A stretch of 64,000 bases of DNA. It comes from Antedon mediterranea (Eukaryota; Animalia; Echinodermata). Positions within the stretch are counted from its first letter, which is position 1. Each line of letters begins with the position of its first letter. This document shows positions 1 to 12,700 of the stretch, in pieces. The notes below the pieces were generated by a model. That model searched no databases and had not been told where the DNA came from. It saw only the letters and a program-made list of their open reading frames with translations. The translations under genes were made by a program, and so were the position numbers. The stretch lies in NCBI RefSeq assembly GCF_964355755.1, contig NC_092676.1:4441888-4505887 (forward strand), written 5' to 3'.

Positions 1-713
1 TTAAACAATGATAATGGATTAAAATTATTCTATAATTTCACAATTTGTGATCTTATAAAAAATATCTTAAAAATCACTAGTTTTTAGTTCATCCACCATG
101 AATGAACTTTATTTTTGTGTAATACATAATAATTTTAAAAATAATATTAATTGTAAAATTTCACAATATAAATATCATTATAATGATTGTTATACTAAAT
201 AATTAGTATTTGTTTATGTAGTGATTTTGTTTTATGAGAATAAAAATTATTAAAATATAAATATATATTTTATATTTTGACATCAGTAAAATGTTGATAC
301 AATACAATGCATGTATTGTAGGATCAATTGTAATAATGGATTAATAATATGTATCAACATTTTTAAAATGTATCCACCATGATTGAACTATTTATTTTTG
401 TAAGATATAACAAAAATGAATATTTATTACATATTAGATAATACATTTATTATATGGTTGCTAACAAACAATTTGAATTTATTGTAGACATTTTATTTTA
501 ATGAAATAAGTTATTAAAATATACATTTTTACTTTAACATAGTATATTTTGACATCCTAAAGTACATACAATAGAGTACATGCAGTATAACTACTGTATA
601 ATGTACAGGAATGTAGACATTTCAACATTTGAGGTGACAGAAAAATTAAAATAATTTTAAAACAGCTTGGATATTGTGATTTACTTATACTGTGCATTCT
701 TTTTACTTTTAAG

Positions 714-785
714 GTCTTTGTACAGTAACCAAATAAGTACATTACCAGCCAATGTATTTGCTGATTTGACAGCATTGAAAACACT
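714..785 (+). CDS. LRR exon A1 SLYSNQISTLPANVFADLTALKTL
   Basis: ttttaag|72 nt|gtaagt, phase 2-2. Confidence 0.85.
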
Positions 786-3700
786 GTAAGTGTATTGCTT
801 ATGTTTGCTTACTTTTACCAATTTGGTTTTAATTTAGAAAATTAAATGAAAAATTGTTTTACATTGTTGGTTAAACAATGATAATGGATTAATATTATTA
901 TATAATTTCACAATTTGTGATCTTATAAAAAAACTTTAAAAATCAATCGTTTTTTGCTCATCCAACATTAACAAACTTTATTTTTTTGAATAATATTATA
1001 ATAATTCAAAATACATTTTTATTGTAACTGTCACAATATAAATATTATTATAACAAATGTTACTAAATAATTAGTATTTGTTTATTTAGTGATTTTGTTT
1101 TAAGAGAATAAAAATTATTAAAATATAAATATATATTTTATATTTTGACATTAAAATATTGATACAATACAGTGCATGTATTGTAGGTTCGATTGTAATA
1201 AGGGAGTAATAATATGTACTTTATGATTTCATGATTATTTATAGTAAAAATAATTTTAAAGTGAACATTTTAAAAATGTATTCACCATGATTGAACTATT
1301 TATTTTTGTAAGATCTAACAATTGAAACTGAATCTGTATTACATATAGATAACACATTTATTATATGGTTGCTATCAAACAATTTGAATTTGTTGTAGAC
1401 ATTATATTTTAATAAAATATACATTAAAATATACATTTTTATTTTAACATAATATATTTTGACATAACTAAAGTACATACAATAGAGTACATGCAGTATA
1501 ACTACTGTATAATGTACAGGAATGTAGACATTTCAACATTTGAGGTGACAGAAAAACTAAAATAATTTAAAAACAGCTTGGATATTGTGATTTACTTATA
1601 CTGTGCATTTTTTTACTTTTAAGGTCTTTGTACGATAACCAAATAAGTACATTACAAGCCAATGCATTTGCTGGTTTGACAGCATTGGAAACACTGTAAG
1701 TGTATTGCTTATGTTTAATTTTTTGCTCATCCAACATTAACAAATTTTATTTTTTTGAATAATATGTAATTCAAAATAAATTTTTATTGTAACTGTCACA
1801 AATATAAATATTATTATAACTAATGTTACTAAATAATTAGTATTTGTTTATGTAGTGATTTTGTTTTATGAGAATAAAAATCATCAAAATATAAATATAT
1901 ATTATATAGTTTTACATCATTAAAATGTTGATACAATACATTGCATGTATTGTAGGATAAATTGTAATAATGGACTAATAATATGTACCTTATGATTCCA
2001 TGATTATTTACAATAAAACCAATTTAAAAATCAACAATTTTTTAATTTTTTCACCATGATTGAACTATTTATTTTTGTAAGACAAAACAATTGAAACTGA
2101 ATCTGTATTACATATTAGATAATACATTAATTATATGGTTGTTAACAAACAATTTGAATTTGTTGTAGACATTTTATTTTTAATAAAATAAGTTATTAAA
2201 AATATATCACATTTTTACTTTAACATAGTATATTTTGACATAACTAAAGTACATACAATATAGTACATGCAATATAACTACTGTATAATGTACAGGAATG
2301 TAGACATTTCAACATTTGAGGTGACAGAAACACTAAAATAATTTAAGAACAGCTTTGATATTGTGATTTACTTATACTGTGCATTCTTTTTACTTTTAAG
2401 GTATTTGAGCAGTAACCAAATAAGTACATTACCAGCCAATGCATTTGCTGGTTTGGCAGCATTGAGAACACTGTAAGTGTATTGCTTATGTTTGCTTACT
2501 TTTACCAATTTGGTTTTAATTTAGAAATTAAATTACAAATTAATTTGAATTGTTGATTAAGCAATTATAATGGATTAATATTATTACATAATTGCACAAT
2601 TTGTGATCGTATAAAAAATATCTTTATAAATCACAAGTTTTTAGTTCATCCACCATGAAAGAACTTTATTTTTGTGTAATACATAATAATTCTGAATTAA
2701 TCTTAAATGTAAAATTTCACAATATAAATATCATTATAATGATTGTTATACTAATTAATTAGTATTTGTTTATGTAGTGATTTTGTTTTATGATAATAAA
2801 AATTATTAAAATATAAATATATATTTTATATTTTGACATCATTAAAATATTGATACAATACAATGTATGTATTGTAGGATCAATTGTAATAATTGACTAA
2901 TAATATGTACCTTATGATTTCATGATTATTCACAGTAAAACAAATTTAAAAAGCAACAATTTTGTAATTTATCCACCATGATTGAATTATTTATTTTTGT
3001 AAGATCTAACAATTGAAACTGAATCTGAATTACATATAGATAATACATTTATTATATGGTTGCTATCAAACAATTTGAATTTGTTGACATTTTGTTTTCA
3101 GAAAATATGTTAATCAAATAAATTTACAACATTTTTATTTTAACATAGTATATGTTGACATAACTAAAGTACATACAATAGAGTACATGCAGTATAAATA
3201 CTGTATAATGTACAGAAATGTAGACATTTCAACATTTGAGGTGACAGAAAAACTAAAATAATTTAAAAACAGCTTGGATATTGTGATTTACTAATACTGT
3301 GCATTCCTTTTACTTTTAAGGGAATTGGACAATAACCAAATAAGTACATTACCAGCCAATGCATTTGCTGGTTTGACAGCATTGGAAACACTGTAAGTAT
3401 ATTGCTTATGTTTGCTTACTTTTATCAATTTGATTTTAATTTAGAAATTAAATTATAAATTATTTTAAATTGTTGGTTAAGCAATTATAATGGATTAATA
3501 TTATTACATAATTTCACAATTTGTGATTGTATAAAAAAATATCTTTATAAATCACTAGTTTTTAGTTCATCCACCATGAATGAACTTTATTTTTGTGTAA
3601 TACATAATAATTAAAAATTAATCTTAAATGTAAAATTTCACAATATAAATACCATTATGATTGTTATACTAAATAATTAGTACATGTTTATGTAGTGATT

Positions 3701-6700
3701 CTGTTTATGAAAATAAAAATTATTAAAATATAAATGTATATTTTATATTTTGACATTATTAAAATATTGATACAATACAATGCATGCATAGTAGGATCAA
3801 TTGTAATAATGGACTAATAATATGTACCTTATGATTTCATGATTATTCACAGTAAAACAAATTTAAAAAGCAACAATTTTGTAATTTATCCACCATGATT
3901 GAATTATTTATTTTTGTAAGATCTAACAATTGAAACTGAATCTGAATTACATATAGATAATACATTTATTATATGGTTGCTATCAAACAATTTGAATTTG
4001 TTGACATTTTGTTTTCAGAAAATATGTTAATCAAATAAATTTACAACATTTTTATTTTAACATAGTATATTTTGACATAACTAAAGTACATACAATAGAG
4101 TACATGCAGTATAACTACTGTATAATGTACAGGAATGTAGACATTTCAACATTTGAGGTGACAGAAAAACTAAAATAATTCAAAAACAGCTTGGATATTG
4201 TGATTTACTTATACTGTGCATTCTTTTTACTTTTAAGGTATTTGTACAATAACCAAATAAGTACATTACAAGCCAATGCATTTGCTGGTTTGGCAGCATT
4301 GGAAACACTGTAAGTGTATTGCTTATGTTTGCTTACTTTTAACAATTTGGTTTTAATTTAAAAATTAAATTACAAATCATTTTGAATTGTTGATTAAGCA
4401 ATTATAATTGATTAATATTATTACATAATTGCACAATTTGTGATCGTATAAAAAATATCTTTATAAATCACAAGTTTTTAGTTCATCCACCATGAATGAA
4501 CTTTATTTTTGTGTAATACATAATAATTCTGAATTAATCTTAAATGTAAAATTTCACAATATAAATATCATTATAATGATTGTTATACTAATTAATTAGT
4601 ATTTGTTTATGTAGTGATTTTGTTTTATGATAATAAAAATTATTAAAATATAAATATATATTTTATATTTTTACATCATTAAAATGTTGATACAATACAT
4701 TGCATGTATTGTAGGATCAATTGTAATAATGGACTAATAATATGTACCTTATGATTCCATGATTATTTACAGTAAAAACCAATTTTAAAATCAACATTTT
4801 TAAAATGTATCCACCATGATTGAACTATTTATTTTTGTAAGATCTAACAATTGAAACTGAATCTGAATTACATATAGATAATACATTTATTATATGGTTG
4901 CTATCAAACAATTTGAATTTGTTGACATTTTGTTTTCAGAAAATATGTTAATCAAATAAATTTACAACATTTTTATTTTAACATAGTATATTTTGACATA
5001 ACTAAAGTACATACAATAGAGTACATGCAGTATAACTACTGTATAATGTACAGGAATGCAGACATTTCAACATTTGAGGTGACAGAAAAACCAAAATAAT
5101 TTAAAAACAGCTTGGATATTGTGATTTACTTATACTGTGCATTCTTTTTACTTTTAAGGGATTTGGAAAATAACCAAATAAGTACATTACCAGCCAATGT
5201 ATTTGCTGGTTTGACAGCATTGGAATACCTGTAAGTGTATTGCTTATGTTTGCTTACTTTTAACAATTTGGTTTTAATTTCGAAATTAAATTACAAATTA
5301 TTTTACATTGTTGGTTAAGAAATGATAATGGATTAATATTATTATATAATTTCACAATTTGTGATCTTATAAAAAAACTTAAAAAAGCAATAGTTTTTTG
5401 CTCATCCAACATGAACAAACTTTATTTTTTGGAATAATATTATAATAATTCAAAATACATTTTTATTGTAAATGTCACAAATATAAATATTATTATAACA
5501 AATGTTAATAAATAATTAGTATTTGTTTATTTAGTGATTTTGTTTTATGATAATAAAAATTAATAAAATATAAATATATATTTTGACATTAAATATTGAT
5601 ACAATACAGTGCATGTATTGTAGGATCAATTGTAATAATGGACTAATAATATGTACTTTATGATTTCATGATTATTTACAGTAAAACCAATTTTAAAATC
5701 AACATTTTTAAAATGTATCCACCATGATTGAACTATTTATTTTTTTTAAGATATAACAATTGATACTGAATCTGTATTACATATTAGATAATACATTTAC
5801 TATATTGTTGCTAACAAACAATTGAATTTTGTGTAGAAAATTTGTTTTAAGAAAATAAGTTATTTGAATATATTTACCACATTTGTATTTTAACATAGTA
5901 TATTTTGACATCACTAAAGTACATACAATAGAGTACATGCAGTATAACTACTGTATAATGTACAGGAATGTAGACATTTCAACATTTGAGGAGACAGAAA
6001 AACTAAAATAATTTAAAAACAGCTTGGATATTGTGATTTACTTATACTGTGCATTCTTTTTACTTTTAAGGTTTTTGTACAGTAACCAAATAAGTACATT
6101 ACAAGCCAATGCATTTGCTGGTTTGACAGCATTGGAAACACTGTAAGTGTATTGCTTATGTTTGCTTACTTTTACAATTTGGTTTTAATTTAGAAATTAA
6201 ATATAAAATTATTTTACATTGTTGGTTAAGCAATGATAATGGATTATTATTGTTACATAATTGTACACTTTGTGACCTAATAAAAATATCTTTATAAATC
6301 ACTAGTTTTTAGTTCATCCACCATGAATGAACTTTATTTTGGTGTAATACATAATAATTCAAAATTAATATTAATTGTAAAATTGTACAATATAAATATC
6401 ATTATAATGATTGTTATGCTAAATAATTAGTATTTATGTTGTAATTTTGTCTTATTAGAAAAAAATCATCAAAATATAAATACATATTATATATTTTGAC
6501 ATTATTAAAATATTGATACAAACAGTGCTTGCATTAATATTATTATATAATTTCACAATTTGTGATCTTGTAAAACATATCTTAAAAATCACTAGTTTTT
6601 TGCTCATCCACCATGAATGAACTTTTTATAATATATAATTCAAAAATAATTGTTATTGTAAATATCACAATATAAATATCATTATAACAAATGTTACTAA

Positions 6701-9700
6701 ATAATTAATATTTGTTTATGTTGTAAGTTTGTCTTAATTATAAGAAAAAAATTATTGAAATATAAATATATATTGTGATCATCTTTTAAAAAATCAATAG
6801 TTTTTAGTTCATCCACCGTGAATGAACTTTATTTTTGTGTAATACATAATAATTAAAAATAATAATAATAATTCAAAATCAATCACTATATAAATATCAT
6901 TATAATAATTACTATTTGTTTATGTAGTGATTTTGTTTTATGAGAATAAAAATTATTAAATATATATTTTATATTTTGACATTAAAATGTTGATACAATA
7001 CAGTGCATGTATTGTAGGTTCAATTGTAAAAATGGAGTAATAATATGTACTTTATGATTCAATGATTATTTACAGTAAAACCAATTTAAAAAGCAACAAT
7101 TTTGTAATGTATCCACCATGATTGAACTATTTATTTGTGTAAGATACTAAATATGTATTACATATTAGATAATACATTTATTGCATGGTTGCTAACAAAC
7201 AATTTGAATTTGGTGTAAAAATTTTCTTTTGTGAAAATAAGTAATTTAAATATATTTACCACATTTTTATTTTAACATAGTATATTTTGACATCACTAAA
7301 GTACATACAATAGAGTACATGCAGTATAACTACTGTATAATGTACAGGAATGTAGACATTTCAACATTTGAGGTGACAGAAAAAATAAATAATTTAAAAA
7401 CAGCTTGGATATTGTAATTTACTTATACTGTGCATTCCTTTTACTTTTAAGGTCTTTGAGCTATAACCAAATAAGTACATTACAAGCCAATGCATTTGCT
7501 GGTTTGACAGCATTGAAAAGACTGTAAGTGTATTGCTTATGTTTGCTTACTTTTACCTATTTTGTTTTATTTTGTTTTTTAAATTACGGATTCGGATTCT
7601 AACATTATTGACCTTTGACCTTGATTTATCATATCTTAGCAACCACTAATCTGAGAGACACACAATATGGCTCAAACTGTTCAGAAACTACATATTTATA
7701 TTTAGTCTAATGGCATGTTTTTGCAAAAAATGGCCGATTCTAACATTATTGACCTTTGAACTTTGCACTACATAAAATCGCATAACTTTGAAAATATTGT
7801 ACATATGAAATTATTTTTAGTGTCAAATTATTCAAAACATACATGTTTCTATAGAGTCCAATGACACATTATGTCCAATAATGACCTATTGTATGGTTAT
7901 TAACATTTGAACTATATTTGAAAAGGATTTTTAAACCCGGAATCTTCTTCATGTAGGCATTCATTAGAACATGTGATTTGGCACTACTTGTTTAGAATAT
8001 GGTGGTAATTTAAAGTGCATGTAACCAGTTGATTTAAATTAAATTTAAAAACTGAAAATATTCACTTAAAAAAAAATATTAGACTATATATACATACATT
8101 ATAGGTTTGGATTATTAATACATTTTTAATTAGGTCTTACATCTTACTCAGGAGAAAGTTGGTGTTGACACTATTAACAGAGCCAACAAAAATGTATTTT
8201 TTTTTATGATATATTGTACATACTTTAAATAGGCCATGCCATTTTGCAGGTTTATTAACGTTTTTTTCAAGTTAGTAATTTATTTTATTATCAAATTAAA
8301 TTGCCATTAAATGGCATATTCAAAAAAACAAATTTCTAAAGATTATTTAGTTTATATTTTGCTAAGGATAGCATCACTCTTGAGGGCATTCTTTTAGGTT
8401 GAAACATAGTCTTATTAAGAAGGCATTTTCTACTAATAGACGCATTGTTGACAACTGGAATTTTAAAAGATCGATATTAATGCAACATATTTAGTTTAGT
8501 TTAATTAATTGGCTATCGAGACTCATAATTAGGCTGACCACCACTTGCAATATTTTCGCCGTATACAGTAAAAACCTCAGTTTCTTATGGAATTTATTTA
8601 TTTATTTCAATAACCATATACAGTACGACTACTAGTGGTGTATAGTTTTTAAGCTTTTATAACTTGTTTTTGTACTTTTTTTACGTGAATGTATTGTGTA
8701 TGTACTATGTTTCTATGTGGTTTAATTTTTACCATTTTTTAACCATCAATTTTAATGCTTTTAATATAAATATCTTGTAATTCAGCTTCAGCTGCGAAGA
8801 CGATAAGAAATAAAACTTGTAGGCAGTTTGTGGATGAATGCAATAGTTTATGCTTATAAATTTAATGTACCATGGCCTACTTTAAACTAAACATAATAAG
8901 TCAACGTTGCAACTCTTACATTTTAGAGTGCCAAATCACATGTTCTAATGGATGTCCACATGAAGAAGATTCCGGGTTTAAAGACTTTTCAAATATAGTT
9001 CAAATGTTAATAACCATACAATAGGCCATTATTGGACATAATGTGTCATTGGACTCTATAGAAACATGTATGTTCTGAACAATTTGACACTAAAAATAAT
9101 TTCATATGTACAATATTTTCAAAGTTATGCGATTTTATGTAGTGCAAAGTTCAAAGGTCAATAATGTTAGAATCGGCCATTTTTTGCAAAAACGTGCCAT
9201 TAGACTAAATATAAATATGTAGTTTTTGAACAGTTTGAGCCATATTGTGTGTCTCTCAGATTAGTGGTTGCTAAGATATGATAAATCAAGGTCAAAGGTC
9301 AATAATGTTAGAATCCGCCATTTTTTGCAAAAACATGCCATTAGACTGGATATAAATGTGTAGTTTCTGAACAATTTAAGCCCTAATTTGTATTTCTCCA
9401 ATTAGGGGTTGCTGAGATATGATAAATCAAGGTCAAAGGTCAATAATGTTAGAAATAGCACTTCCATTCATTTTTGGACAAACTTTTTCATTAAAGTGAA
9501 TATAAAAACATATATTCTAACGATTTTGACACCATAATTAAGTATCTGTGACTAGCGGTTTCCAAGATACAGAGTACGTTATTAAAAATGGCGGCCATTT
9601 TTAATTATGCAAATTAGGCTACTTCCTTTTGTCGAAAAATGTCCTAACGTTGATAAATGTGTTCAGTAGGGTCTAAAGAACACATTTCATCAAAAAAACC

Positions 9701-12700
9701 TTTTCTTGCAATTTGTGTGAGTTAAAAGTCTAAATCCCATTGACTAGTATTGTAGGATCAATTGTATTAATGGACTAATAATATGTACTTTATGATTTCA
9801 TGATTATTTACAGTAAAACCAATTTTAAAATCAACATTTTTAAAATGTATCCACCATGATTGAACTATTTATTTTTTAAATAACAATTTAAACTGAATCT
9901 GTATTATATATTAAATAATACATTTATTTTATGGTTGCTATGTGTAATACATAATAATTCTGAATTAATCTTAAATGTAAAATTTCACAATATAAATATC
10001 ATTATAATGATTGTTATACTAAATAATTACTATTTGTTTATGTAGTGATTTTGTTTTATGAGAATTAAAATTATTAAAATATAAATATATATTTTATATT
10101 TTGACATTAAAATATTGATACAATACAGTGCATGTATTGTAGGTTCAATTGTAATAATGGAGTAATAATATGTACTTTATGATTTCATGATTATTTACAG
10201 TAAAACACATTTTAAAATAAACATTTTTTTAATTTATCCACCATGATTGAACTATTTATTTTTTTAAGATATAACAATTGAACTGAATCTGTATTACATA
10301 TAGATAATACATTTATTATATGGTTGCTATCAAACAATTTTTAATTTGTTGTAGAAATTTTATTTTAACAAAATAAGTTATTAAAATATATCACATTTTT
10401 ATTTTAACTTAGTATATTTTGACATCACTAAAGTACATACAATAGAGTACATGCAGTATAACTACTGTATAATGTACAGGAATGTAGACATTTCAACATT
10501 TGAGGTGACAGAAAAAATAAAATAATTTAAAAACAGCTTGGATATTATAATTTACTTATACTGTGCATTCTTTTTACTTTTAAGGTATTTGAGATATAAC
10601 CAAATAAGTACATTACAAGCCAATGTATTTGCTGGTTTGACAGCATTGAAATACCTGTAAGTATATTGCTTATGTTTGCTTACTTTTACCAATTTGGTTT
10701 TAAATTAGAAATTAAATGAAAAATTGTTTACATTGTTGGTTAAACAATGATAATGGATTAATATTATTATATAATTTCACAATTTGTGATCTTATAAAAA
10801 AACTTTAAAAATCAATAGTTTTTTTGCTCATCCAACATTAACAAACTTTATTTTTTTGAATAATATTATAATAATTCAAAATACATTTTTATTGTAACTG
10901 TCACAATATAATTATTATTATAACAAATGTTACTAAATAATTAGTATTTGTTTATTTAGTGATTTTGTTTTATGAGAATAAAAATGATTGAAATATAAAT
11001 ATATATTTTATATTTTGACATTAAAATATTGATACAATACAGTGCATGTATTGTAGGTTTGATTGTAATAAGGGAGTAATAATATGTACTTTATGATTTC
11101 ATGATTATTTATAGTAAAAATAATTTTAAAGTGAACATTTTAAAAAGTATTCACCATGATTGAACTATTTATTTTTGTAAGATCTAACAATTGAAACTGA
11201 ATCTGTATTACATATAGATAATACATTTATTATGGTTGCTATCAAACAATTTTTAATTTGTTGTAGAAATTTTATTTTAATAAAATATACATTAAAATAT
11301 ATCACATTTGTATTTTAACATAGTATATTTTGACATAACTAAAGTACATACAATAGAGTACATGCAGTATAACTACTGTATAATGTACAGGAATGTAGAC
11401 ATTTCAACATTTGAGGTGACAGAAAAAATAAAATAATTTAAAAACAGCTTGGATATTGTAATTTACTTATACTGTGCATTCTTTTTACTTTTAAGGTATT
11501 TGAGATATAACCAAATAAGTACATTACAAGCCAATGTATTTGCTGGTTTGACAGCATTGGAAACACTATAAGTGTATTGCTTATGTTTGCTTACTTTTAC
11601 CAATTTGGTTTTAATTTAGAAAATTAAATGAAAAATTGTTTTACATTGTTGGTTAAACAATGATAATGGATTAATATTATTATATAATTTCACAATTTGT
11701 GATCTTATAAAAAAACTTTAAAAATCAATAGTTTTTTTGCTCATCCAACATTAACAAACTTTATTTTTTTGAATAATATTATAATAATTCAAAATACATT
11801 TTTATTGTAACTGTCACAATATAAATATTATTATAACAAATGTTACTAAATAATAAATATTTGTTTATTTAGTGATTTTGTTTTATGATAATAAAAATTA
11901 ATAAAATATAAATATATATTTAGGCATTAAATATTGATACAATACAGTGCATGTATTGTAGGATCAATTGTATTAATGGACTAATAATATGTACTTTATG
12001 ATTTCATGATTATTTACAGTAAAACCAATTTTAAAATCAACATTTTTAAAATGTATCCACCATGATTGAACTATTTATTTTTTTTAATAACAATTTAAAC
12101 TGAATCTGTATTATATATTAAATAATACATTTATTTTATGGTTGCTATGTGTAATACATAATAATTCTGAATTAATCTTAAATGTAAAATTTCACAATAT
12201 AAATATCATTATAATGATTGTTATACTAAATAATTATTATTTGTTTATGTAGTGATTTTGTTTTATGAGAATAAAAATTATTAAAATATAAATATATATT
12301 TTATATTTTGACATTAAAATATTGATACAATACAATGTATGTATTGTAGGATCAATTGTAATAATGGACTAATAATATGTACCTTATGATTTCATGATTA
12401 TTCACAGTAAAACACATTTAAAAAGCAACAGTTTTTTTAATTTATCCCCCATGATTGAACTATTTATTTTTGTAAGATATAACAATAGAAACTGAATCTG
12501 TATTATATATTAGATAATACATTTATTATATGGTTGCTAACAAATAATTTTTAATTTGTTGTAGAAATTTTATTTAAACAAAATAAGTTATTAAAATATA
12601 TCACATTTTTATTTTAACATAGTATATTTTGCCATCACTAAAGTACATACAATAGAGTACATGCAGTATAACTACTGTATAATGTACAGGAATATAGACA

